Shown here: piece by piece, positions 1 through 10,651 of the stretch
Numbering within the stretch: position 1 is the first letter of the stretch
Layout: each line of letters starts with the position of its first letter
DNA from: Caecitellus pseudoparvulus
Lineage: Eukaryota; Protista; Bigyra: Bicosoecida
Assembly: GCA_965644315.1 (NCBI GenBank)
Contig: CBFFRQ010000035.1
Location: forward strand, 1 to 64,000
Direction: 5' to 3'
DNA length: 64,000 nt
Notes under the pieces: model-generated
Databases searched by the model: none
Told to the model about the DNA's origin: nothing
What the model saw: only the letters and a program-made list of their open reading frames with translations
Program-made: the position numbers and the translations under genes

Positions 1-42
1 GCGCAAACGACACAAGCACGACCTTCGCATTGACTCACAGGT

Positions 43-1704
43 ATGGGACAAGCAGCAGCTCTCGCACATCCCCTGCGTGGCACACAACAGCTTGGTCCCT
101 TTGAGAAGATGTGTGCTGGTACGCAGCCCGTATTCACTCACCAAGCCATGTCCGAGGATGACGAGGCATGGTTGGCTGACATGGCAGCCGATACCACCCA
201 CCCCTTCGTGCCCATAGACCACCTCAGGCCGGTCCTCCAAAAACTGATGTGGATGGAGGAGGAACTGCACAGTAAGGCCACAGGGCCCCAAACCTACCTT
301 CTGACAGGCTCCAGCGGCACAGGGATGACCCACTTGCTGAAGGCATATGCCAGGCAGGTGGCTGTGAGGAACCCCAGAGCGGGTGGCGGGCACACCCTGT
401 GCTGCAGCATCAACCTTGCGGTGCACAAGCCTTCTGACACAGAGAGCTTCGATGAATGGTTGCTTGGGTCGATCGCGAGCCAGCTGCCCGAGTTGAAAGA
501 GTTCGCGCCAGCCACGAAGGTGCTGGAGCTGCTGGCCACCTCTGCGCGTGGCAACTCTCGCCAGACGGTAAATGTGGAGCATCTTCTGGCCGCGGTGTCA
601 GCAGAGGGGGGTGCCGGCAGCGCTGCCTCCGCAGAGCTGTCGCGTCGGGTGTGCGCAGCTCTGACTGGTGTTGGTACGAAGAATCACCTGGGCCTGGCGA
701 GGGCCGTGTTGAGAGAAGCCAACATCGCCGTCATTGTGCTCATTGACGGGGCCGACTGCCTGTTCCAGGGTGACCACTTCACACGGGAATGTGCAGATCT
801 GTGGTGTGCTCAGCTGCGGTGGCTACTGTCCTTGAGGTACCCTGCTGTTGGCGTGGTCTTGTGCACAGCCTTCCAGCGTGCCAGCCAGCTGTTCGTTGAC
901 GACGGAGGTCCTCATGAGTTCCCGCCCCATTTCACACATCACGAGCTGCGAAAGAACTGGGATGAGGCCTTGCTACGGTGCATTCGCGTGGGGGGGCCTG
1001 CCTGGAGCCGCACGTCCCTCATGGCCTTCCTCCTCACGCACATGTGCGGAGAAGTGGACCGCTCATTCTCCCTCCTCCAGCGCCACCTTGACCAGCAGCC
1101 ATCGGAGGAAGCGCTTCAGGTGGCCAGAGGGCTTGATGCGCTGTGCCTGGGGGGCTGGAAGGGAGATGCTGATGCAAGCCCTGAACAGAAGCTGGACGCT
1201 TTCCTGGTGCACATCATGGAGCAGTTCGGGCACACACCCAAAAACCTCGCCAAAGCAGTACCCAACCTTCTTCGCGCATGTCAGACCCCGGGGGCATGGC
1301 CAGTAGCCACTGAGGAAGCTGCAGTGAAACCTGTCTCGGATGAGTGTGCACCCACACTCAACCTGGCGTTGAGTGCCGTTCTGGAGATCCTGCCTGACGA
1401 CAAGCAAGAACAGCTGGCTAAGGACACCCTGCTTACCTTCCACTCTGGGCGGTACACCGTGACCAGGAGGGCGTTCAAGAGATCCCTGGAAGCGTGCATT
1501 GCCCGCCAGGCTCCGCAACAGGCTGCAGCCGCAGCAGGTGGCAGCGCCGCTCACCTGGCATCATCCCCTGCCACGCTGCAGTGCGTCGACACTGCCATGG
1601 ATGCTGGATGGCTGGTGCCTCACCCCCGTGGTCTGAGCCTGGGCAGCCTGCAAGCGTACCGCAAGTACATGTTTGACCGTGTGCACCCTGATACTGTGGC
1701 GTGA
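43..1704 (+). CDS. Degenerate P-loop NTPase-like protein (STAND/AAA-like); possibly the last exon of a larger gene
   Basis: 553-aa ORF. Walker A-like TYLLTGSSGTGMT (Lys replaced by Met) and Walker B-like VIVLIDGAD. TGACTCACAG ending at 40 could be a splice acceptor. AATGCA overlaps the stop. Confidence 0.55.
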   Translation: MGQAAALAHPLRGTQQLGPFEKMCAGTQPVFTHQAMSEDDEAWLADMAADTTHPFVPIDHLRPVLQKLMWMEEELHSKATGPQTYLLTGSSGTGMTHLLKAYARQVAVRNPRAGGGHTLCCSINLAVHKPSDTESFDEWLLGSIASQLPELKEFAPATKVLELLATSARGNSRQTVNVEHLLAAVSAEGGAGSAASAELSRRVCAALTGVGTKNHLGLARAVLREANIAVIVLIDGADCLFQGDHFTRECADLWCAQLRWLLSLRYPAVGVVLCTAFQRASQLFVDDGGPHEFPPHFTHHELRKNWDEALLRCIRVGGPAWSRTSLMAFLLTHMCGEVDRSFSLLQRHLDQQPSEEALQVARGLDALCLGGWKGDADASPEQKLDAFLVHIMEQFGHTPKNLAKAVPNLLRACQTPGAWPVATEEAAVKPVSDECAPTLNLALSAVLEILPDDKQEQLAKDTLLTFHSGRYTVTRRAFKRSLEACIARQAPQQAAAAAGGSAAHLASSPATLQCVDTAMDAGWLVPHPRGLSLGSLQAYRKYMFDRVHPDTVA

Positions 1705-2449
1705 ATGCAGACGACAGCAAGCCAGGCTGAGGTGCCGATGGCCCGCGCCTCGCCGAGGGTGCAGAGGTTCAAGGGAGGTGTGCTGGAGCGGCCCACCCAC
1801 GAGTCAGTGTGGTGCGGCAACGATGGCCAAAGGACTCCAACCCTGACATGGTGAGGGCTCTCAGCGTGCCGTCTCGGCGACCCAAACGGCACCAACGAGG
1901 CAGGCTGTAGCGCAGCAGTTGGAATGCACAGCAGCACCGTGCACCCAGTCTCTCACGCCTGTGTCGTGCCTGGTACGCTGCACACCTCATCCGCTGCATG
2001 TCGCGCACCACTGCTGCCCCAGATCTGTCGCGCAACACAGCTGCCGCCGAGATTGGACAGGGCTGATCACCTGCGCTGCAACTTGCAGCATGCTGGGACC
2101 CCGCCCGCCCACTGACTGCGCGACACAGACCCATGATCTGATACGCTGCAGGAAGGCTTCGCCAGTTAGGGGGGTGGACGCACTCCAGTTCCCTGGTGCT
2201 GGACTCGCGCCGACTAGATAGGTGGTCTGTAGAAGTGTGGCGACAAGGACCCCCCCCGGACAACGGACAACAGGCACCAACCCATGGCACCAAAGACTGA
2301 ATCTGGCAAAACGTACATCACCAGCCGCAGGCAGTTGAAATACAACATTCCTGTGCGTTCAGGTGTGGCGGCTTTAGGTTGCCCTCGTGTACTGGGCGTG
2401 TGGGAAGCCTCTCACCAGCAAGCCACCTTGCTGTTCTGTGCTTCTCGCC

Positions 2450-5096
2450 ATGGCTGCCGATGCTCCTTCAGATGTGCTGGGCGCCTTGGGCCCATTGGGT
2501 TTGGATGAGGTGAAGCTGGAGATGCTGGAGAGCAAGCCCGAGCATGCCCTGACCCTCTGGCAGTTGTCAGAAGCTGGCGGCGCGCTGGCGGGCTCTGAGG
2601 TGCCTGCTGACATTGTGCCGTTTCTGCTTGAGGCTGCCACGACTCTGAAGGCTCCCGGGCGTGTGCACGCTGCCAAGCTTGGCCCCTACATTGTCAATGG
2701 TCAGCTGGACGTCAAGGCCAAGGTGGTTGCCGCTGTGCGTTTCTTGAACGGCCTGAAGGGGGCGCATGCGGAATTTGACGCTGCGGCTCTGGAGGCTGCT
2801 GCCGGAGTCGGCGTGACTGTGTCGGACGATGAGATGAAGGCTCATGTGGATGCCTACCTGAAGGCAAACGAAGAAGACATTCTCGCCCAGCGGTATGCAT
2901 TCCCATCCAAGGACTTTCTCGCCGAGGTGAAGAGCCACGCGCGTTTCAAGTGGGGCAGCTTGGGTGTCGCGAAGAAGGCACTGGATGCTGGCATGCTGGC
3001 TCTGCTTGGCCCTGAAACGGCCGAGGACAAGGCAGCCAAGAAGAAAGCTGGTAAGGGGAAGGGCAAGAAGGGGGGCAAGGCCACGAAGGGAGGCAAGGGT
3101 GACAAGAAGACGGAGAAGGCTGCGGCAGACGAGTCTGGACCATCCGAGGCGTCGGTGTTTGCGGCTCGGGAGCTCGACTCGGCGCGTAATTCCGAGGCCC
3201 TCCTGGCAGCCCATGCAGCAGCAACAGGCGGCACAGTCATCACTCGGTTCCCCCCCGAGCCCAACGGGTACCTGCACATCGGGCATGCCAAGAGCATGAA
3301 CCTGAACTTCAAGCTGGCCTTCAAGTACTTGGGTGTGGCCAGCGGCAAGACCATCTTCAGGTACGACGACACGAACCCTGAAGCAGAGAGCCAGGAGTAC
3401 ATTGACAGTCAGGTACGTGGCCTGCTGCGGGCTGATGTGTATCGCCAGCCCAGGGCAGCGCGGGGATGAGAGGCGGCCGTACAGCCCACCTTGCACGTCA
3501 GTCGTAGCCCGTGCACACACACGAGGCCAGTGACGAGAACAGGCACGCTGAGCGCTTGCCCTGTGGCATGGCAGTCACGTTGTCCCTTGCTTGCTCCCCA
3601 CGTGTCCCCAGCTACACCCCCCTCTCCCCCTTCCTGCGCAGGCTGAGAACGTGAGCTGGCTGGGGTGGCAGCCTGCCCAGGTCACGCACAGCTCTGACTA
3701 CTTCCCCAAGCTGTACGAGCTGGCCATCAAGCTCATCACGGACGGCAATGCGTACGTGTGCCACCAGACCTCGGAGCAGGTCAAGGCATCGCGGGAGGCC
3801 GCCAAGGCTGGCGACTTGGCGGCCGCCAACTCTCCCTGGCGAGGCCGGACTGTGGAGGAGAACCTGGTTGAGTTCGAGAAGATGCGCCTGGGCCTGTACG
3901 GCGAGGGGGAGGCGACGCTGCGCATGAAGATGGACATGTCCTCCACGAAGACGACCATGTGGGACCCCGTCGCGTACCGCATCAAGATGACGCCCCACCC
4001 CATGTCTGGGGACACCTGGTGCATCTACCCCTCCTACGACTTCACGCACTGCATTGTGGACTCCCTGGAGCACATCGACTACTCCCTGTGCACGCTGGAG
4101 TTCGAGCAGCGCCGCGATAGCTACTACTGGCTGCTGGAGAAGCTGGACATGTGGCGCCCCCACGTGTTCGAGTTCTCCCGCCTGAACATCTCGCGCAACG
4201 TCCTGTCCAAGCGCAAGATCATCAAGCTCGTGTCCACAGGCGTCGTGAGCGGGTGGGACGACCCCCGTCTGCTGACCATCAACGGCCTGCGCCGCCGGGG
4301 CTTCACCCCCGGTGCCATCAACGAGTTCTGTGACTGCGTCGGCGTCACCCGCAACGAGAACCTCATCAGCATCAACCTGCTGGAGCACTTTGCCCGCAAG
4401 GACTTGGACTCGCACGCTCCCCGCGCCTTTGCCGTGCTGCACCCGTTGAAGGTGACCCTGGTGAACGTGCCTGCAGGCTTCGAGGAAACCAAGGAGGTGC
4501 CCAACTTCCCCCGGGACCCCGCTGCCGGCAGCCACAGCAAGGTGCTCACCTCCACGGTGTACATCGAGCGTGCCGACTTCCGCCTGCAGGACGCCAAGGG
4601 GTACTACGGCCTGGCACTCGGCAAGACCGTCGGGCTGCGGTACGGCGGCAACATCAAGTGCGTGGAGGTGAAGCGTGGCCCCAAGGGGGATGTCCTGGAG
4701 CTGCTGTGCGAGTACGATGCGGAGCGCAGCGTGAAGCCCAAGGGCAACCTGCACTGGGCCTCGGGCAAGGCGCTGCAGAAGGCGGAGGTACGCCTGTACG
4801 ACCACCTGTTCACGCACGAGACTCCAGATGACGCCCCTGGGTCATGGGAGGACTACATCAACCCGGAGTCTCTCACCGTGGTGAAGGATGCTCTGGTGGA
4901 CAGCCACCTGGCTTCTGCTGAGCACTTCCAGTCCTTCCAGTTTGAGCGCACGGGGTACTTCATGGTGGACCCTGACACCGATGCTGCCGCGGGGAAGCTG
5001 GTGTTCAACCGTGTCGTCACCCTGAAGGAAAGCGCCGATGCCAAGGCGATCAAGGGGAAGACCGGCACTGCGGCGGCTGCTTCTGCCTCCTCCTAG
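2450..5096 (+). CDS. QARS: Glutaminyl-tRNA synthetase; exons 2450-3412, 3642-5096 (805 aa)
   Basis: [16 protein letters not shown] (HIGH motif), [42 protein letters not shown]. Intron 3413-3641 (GTACGT..GCAG) joins the two ORFs in frame. Confidence 0.96.
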
Positions 5097-5352
5097 GCGC
5101 TGAGAAGCGCTCGGCCGGTTCTTTGTTGCGAATGCACTTTTGTCCTGCGAACAAAACCTCGAACAGAGCACTCTCACTGATCAGGGAAGCAAGCAGGTCC
5201 CGCAGTTTCTATTCTCCCCCAAGCGCCCGGGCACGACAGACTGGCGAGAAACGAAGGCGCCCCAAATTCCGCACTAGCCGGCGTTGCTGAGTGCTCTGCA
5301 CCTGCGCTTGAAGAGCAGCTCTTGCGGCGGAACACAGTGCATCCCTACTGTC

Positions 5353-6196
5353 ATGGCAGGTCGGGAGGTGCTTGTATCGTTGGCGACAGCTGGTGTGTGC
5401 TCGCCGCTCTGTGCCATAGGAAGCTGCGTGGGCACTGGTGTCTGCTCGCTGCCTCGTCACCGCAGGGGAAGTGGGAGTGGGGAAGACGAGCCTCTTGCAC
5501 CGATTGCTGGAACGGAAGGAAGACCTGAGCACACTGCAATCCACAGTGGGGGTGGAGATTTCGCCCTTGCGCCTGCCTTTGCAGGCGGGCGGCGTCGCCC
5601 GCGTGCAGTTGTTCGACACGGCAGGTGCGCGAGGCAGCCCGCCCCGCTCGCCCCCGCAAGCTCGCAGCTGTAGGGGCTCCTCTCTGCCCTACGCAGGTCA
5701 AGAACAGTACCGAGAGTCCATCAGCAAGGTGTACCTGCGGGGCAGGGATGTGTACACTCTCGTGTACGATGTCGGGCGGCTTGACACGGCGGCCGACCTC
5801 GAGCGGCACTGGCTGCCACTTCTGGCGTCCCTCGTCAAGCCTGGCTGCGCAGTGTTGCTGCTGGGAAACAAGCTCGACGCCCTGTCAGACGCCGAGCAGG
5901 AGAGCCCTGCCCTGTGCAGTGCCCAGCAGAGTCTGGTGCAAGCAGCCAAGGCTCTGCTGCCTCACTGCTCCGTCGCCCACTCGCACGTGAGTGCACTGAC
6001 AGGGGCCGGCATGGACGCCGTCACCTCCCAGCTGGAGGCCATTTCTACAGAGTTGCTGTGTCGCCAGGAAGCGGCAGCGGAGGAGACGGTCGTCGAGCCT
6101 GAGCCTGTGCAACTGAGTGGTGCGCGCTCAGGCGGCGCCCGAGCGGCGGGGGCTGCTGAAGGCAGTTGTTTTGGATCGGCGGGCTGGTGGGGTTGA
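5353..6196 (+). CDS. Divergent Rab-like small GTPase; exons 5353-5392, 5466-5624, 5697-6196 (232 aa)
   Basis: G1 GEVGVGKTS, G2 STVGVE, G3 DTAGQE (after removing intron 5625-5696), G4 GNKLD, G5 VSALTG. The first exon is less certain. Confidence 0.85.
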
Positions 6197-6735
6197 CTTG
6201 GAGAAGGATTCCTGTAGGCACCCACTGCCTGGCCAGATTATGTGGCCAGTGGCCTGAGCTGGGTGTCAGCTCGGACTGCGGGCAAGTTGGCTTGTCTTGG
6301 TGGATTGGACTGGCACATTGCGCGTTTTCAGATGTCAGCGGGTTGTGCTCGTGCCTTTCCAATGCAGAGCAAGTACGTAGTGGTCTGTTTGCTGCCGTTA
6401 CCTGAAGCGGCATACAATGCCGACCTGAGCTTATTTGCAGCAGGGCTTGGGTGAGTCTTGACATCCCATCTTATCTTTCCTCGGTGGGTACAGAGTGTCA
6501 TGTTTTCCACTTTTTCTTGCCCGACAATGCACAGCAGGCTGACGCCGACTCATTTGTTCAGCGCACTGCATGCCGGTCGAAAAGACGCGTGCACAAGGGA
6601 AGCACGACGTTTCGCCAGTGCTCCTTGCTCTGTCTGCCACTCCAGGCCCGAGGAACGCGGGTATTTCCTCCCCACCTCTGTTGTTCTTCAGAGAGGGCAG
6701 GTTTGGGGGCGCCGAATCTCCAGTTTTCATCCAAG

Positions 6736-7207
6736 ATGCGCCTCATTACCCACAACATGATGTTCTGCAACGTCAAGGTGAGCTGTACAGCGCGAAGGGG
6801 TGTGCATTCAATTTCCGCAGGCGGCGCCCGCTTTCCACGTGCAGGCCTGCGTCGCGACGGCAAACATGGAGTCTGAGGAGCCCAAGAACTTCCCACTCCA
6901 TATCACCATAGCAGAAGGCGGCATCAAGCAGGTGCCTCAGGAGTTCAGTGCCGAGTTCGTGGTGGGCATCCTGCCACGCATTGACTGGCGAGCCCTGCGA
7001 GCCACGGCTGCAGAGCTGGGCATTGCTGCCTTGCCCGAGGCGTTGCCAGAGTCCTACGCCACTGACGTCGGGTTCTTGAAGTCAGTGCACACGCTCATTC
7101 TGGAGGTACACGTGACGGAGGGAGCCCTCGTGTGTGGGAACTGCCAGCGAGTGTACCCCATCGTGAAGGGCATCCCCAACATGCTGCTGAACGAAGACGA
7201 AGTGTGA
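6736..7207 (+). CDS. TRM112: Methyltransferase activator TRM112; exons 6736-6777, 6845-7207 (134 aa)
   Basis: MRLITHNMMFCNVK joined by intron 6778-6844 (GTGAGC..GCAG) to ..NFPL..RIDWRAL..EGALVCGNCQRVYPIVKGIPNMLLNEDEV, the typical TRM112 termini. Confidence 0.95.
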
Positions 7208-7216
7208 CGCGTGCCC

Positions 7217-7224
7217 AATGCATT
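7217..7224. terminator. Palindromic AATGCATT between convergent TRM112 and DUF389 genes; candidate bidirectional poly(A) signal
   Basis: Lies in the 37-nt gap between the two stops and reads AATGCA on both strands. Confidence 0.55.
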
Positions 7225-7244
7225 CCTTCCCGCGACCAGCCGGG

Positions 7245-10200
7245 TCACCGGCGCCGGGGGTACTGCGAGCCGTGGCCCAGCTCCGCGTTGGCTTGCTCGA
7301 GGCTGCGAGTGATGGCAGCGCCCACCGTGCCGCCGCCCAGGAGACTGCCGAAGGCGAAGGCGCCTTGGTCCTGCAGCTCCACCTGCACTTGTGCGCCTTG
7401 CTCGGCAAAGGAGGTGGTGGAGGCGGATGCCGTGCGCCGGTGGTGGCTCTGACTGGCGGACGCCTGTGCAGCCAGCCCGCCCTTGAGGATGGCCAGGGTG
7501 CCCGGAGAGGACATCTGCCGCACGATGCGGGTGGGGGGCACGCCAGGCCCCAGGTGCACGCCACTGCCACCGGAGCCAGCACTGCCGATGGAGGCGGCCA
7601 TGGGTGGCGACGTCTCAGCCTCTGCGTCGGCGGCGGCGCGGGCCACCGCAGCCAAGGCGGCGTCTGAGCCAGGTGCACCCCCCTCCCCCGTGCCTGCGGA
7701 AGGCGCAGCTGACCGCGCCCACGCTTCCAGGTCCCCTGCCCCGAAGCGCACTTTGGGGGTTTCTTTCGGCACTGGGGCGCCTTCAGCAGGGGCTGCTCCC
7801 GCGCCTTGAGTCACGAGGGGGGGCATGCTTGCGCCTGGGCCTGCCGGGATGGTGGCAGCCCCTTCAGCTGGCGTGGTCTTCACGATGGGCAGTGCGGCCT
7901 CGGGCGTCGGAGCAGAGGGGGAGGGCTCCGCGACTGGGACCACAACGGATCCCGGAGCCGGGGAGGGGTTGCTGGGGGGCGAGGGACCCGGCACCCCACC
8001 CGTGCTGACGGCCGAGTCAGCTCGGGGCACGGGCGCCACGGGGGCCCAAGTACTGGCGGTGGACCTGACGCCAGGGCGGCCGCTGCCAATGGTCCTGTGC
8101 ACGAAGCTGGGCTGGAGGGCGGAGGTGGGCTTGGCGTCGTCTTCCGCCTCGCGTAGGGACAAGGACCGCGCGATGAAGGCCTCTGCCTCGAAGCTGGCAC
8201 TGGTGGGCAGGCGGCGGCGCGGCGGCGGCACAGTGACGACGTTCACGCCCGCGTTCAAGTCTCGGAACAGCTGGATGGCCCGGTCCAGTCCAATGGTGCG
8301 CCCCCCTGTGGCGGCGTCATCTGCCGCCAGGCCGCCCTGTGCAGGCGGCTCGTCGGGTCCACTGGCGAAGCCCATGCGTCCGACGGGCTGCGAGCCCTTG
8401 CCCAGTTCAAACTGGCGTTCGTTGAGGAGCTGGTTGTGCAGCATGGCGTCCGAGGGGCGGGCGGGCATGGAGCGCAGCTGGCGCGTGACGGTCTGGAAGA
8501 GCAGGGACTTGCCGCGGATGGGGGCTGCCTCCTTGATGGCGAAGATGAGCAGCGCGAAGAAGAAGATGCAGATGATGTTCACGACGGTGAGGATGAAGGA
8601 GAAGGTGCCCATCTCAGCGAAGTCGGAAGGGGAGGTGTCCAGGGCGTCCCCTGCGTACAGGTGCCCCACCACCGCGTGGTACCAGCAGATGCCGGCGTTG
8701 ACGAGGGGCGGCAGGAGGGAGGCGGAGATGGCCACACCCACCAGGGAGGAGGTGTTGGCCCCCGTGACAGACAGACCCACGCCCACGCCGGAGGGGATGG
8801 CGATGGCGATGCCGGACAGCAGCCCCCACGGGTCCCCGCGGCCGGACATCTCAGACGTGGGCCAGTCCAACGCCTCTGCGAAGGGCGCCCCTGCCGCGGC
8901 CACAAGCACGCCCGCCAGGATGCAGACGAGGAAGCCCAGGCCTTCGCTCACGAGACCCTGCAGCACCATGCCGCCGTCCTGGATGAAGGCGCCGAAGGTG
9001 ATGCTGAGAATGGGCCCCATGAGCGGCGACACCAGCATGCTGGCGACGATGACGACGACGTTGTTGGTGACGAGCCCGACGCCTGCCAGCAGGCTGGCGG
9101 CGAACACGAGCAGGAGGTAGTCGAAGGAGAACATGGCGCCCTGCGCGATCTGCGCCAGCAGCTTGCCCACCAGCACCCGGGCCTGCACGGTGTCGGCGAA
9201 GGTGAAGCCCCCCCCCGCCTTGCTCTTGGGGCGGGCGGCCGCGTCACCTTCCGCGGCTGGCTCAGCTGCCGCGTGCAGGGCCCCCGTGATGGCATCAGAC
9301 AGCTGCACACCGGAGGGGGAGGCGTGCAGGGGCAGGATGGGCGGCGGCGAACCGGGTGTCTCCCCGCCGACCTTGGGCAGGGGGGAGGGCGGGCGGGAGG
9401 GGGCTGCACGCCGCCGGCGGGGGCCAGGGGGGGGGGTGGCACCGCGTCCACCCCCCCCTCCAGCAGCTCGTCATCCGTCTCCTCGGCTGCATCCTGGGAC
9501 GGCGATGGGGCAGGCACCACGGTCTCCTCTGCCTCCCCACCCTCCTTGCTCGCACCGGACTCTGCCGGGGCCCCCTCCCCCCCCTCCGCCGCCGCCGCCG
9601 ACTCACCACCAGCCTCTGGCGAATCCACTGGGGCAGCCAGGCTGGCGATCTCGCGCGGGGGCAGGGTGGCAGCTGTCGGCACAAGGTCAGTGGTGGTGTG
9701 GGAGGGTGCTGGCAGGGACTGCAGGCTCTGTGGCGCCGGGATGGGGGTGGCTGCCACACTGGGCGCCATGCGGGGTCGGCTCTTGGCCTGCAGGAGTGAG
9801 ACGACGGAGGGGCGGCAGACCTCCACAGGCGTCACGCCGATGAAGCCACACTGGGGCGTCTCGTCCGCGCCCACACCCACCTCCAGCTGCAACGCAGCGA
9901 GGATAGCCTCCACGCCAGCTGCTGAGAAGCAGTACAGCTGCAGGTACCGTGTGCGCAGCAGCGTGGCGCCGTCGGTGCTGGGCAAGATGCCGAGGGCATG
10001 CTGCAGCGGCATGGCCTCGTCGCCAGTGGGGACTTTGGGGTCGATGGCGGCGTCCACGGAGCCGGCTGCGAAGACTTCTGGCACGCTGGCGCTCTGGATG
10101 ACCTTGGGGCACGCGACGAGCCCGGCGAAGTCGGGCAGCCGTAGCATGTGCAAGACGTGCTGTGCCACGGGCCACCAGACGTGCCCCTGGGGGGGCAGCA

Positions 10201-10378
10201 GGGGCGTCGTCAGGCTGGGCGCTGCCGCTGCAATGGCCGGCCCCAGCACGTTCGCTGCGAGCTCAGAACCATCCTGGGCACCCCGCTTGCCTTCTGTTTC
10301 CACGTTCCAGTGGCTTCCCAGCACCGAGCGGGGCAATGCTGCCACCTCGGGGATGTCCAAGTGCATCATGAACGCCAT
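7245..10378 (-). CDS. DUF389-family membrane protein; reading frame changes near 9427-9458
   Basis: SFDYLLLVFAASLLAGVGLVTNNVVVIVASMLVSPLMGPI, SEMSGRG, IAIPSGVGVGLS, SSLVGVAISASLLPPLVNAG. The N-terminal part (ATG 10378) is in a different frame; the switch falls on homopolymer runs. Confidence 0.75.
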
Positions 10379-10651
10379 GGTTGGGAAGGCGCTGGGCAGG
10401 GGTGTCCTCAGGCTCTGGGTGGCCGTGCGACGTCGCTGGCCCGCCTGCTTGCGGTTGCGGAAGTGAAACGCAGGCCCAACGCAGACTTGCCTGCAGGAGG
10501 TCACGGCGGGTCGGCCACAGCGCAGGAAAGGTCTGGCAGGGTGCAATCAAAACCTAAACATTTGCGCGACGCTGGCACGTGCGATGGGAATTGCGCTGTA
10601 CGTCCCATTGCTGGCAGGCGTTGGCCGTCAACACGACTGCTCGCGAGCGTG

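Noticed and set aside
3612-4817. Long antisense or alternative-frame ORFs (e.g. 3612-4817 -, 8436-10466 +, 40902-42356 +, 44337-45767 +, 52263-53252 +, 61718-62863 -)
   Set aside because: Shadow ORFs expected from high GC and strong codon bias opposite well-supported genes; no motifs of their own.
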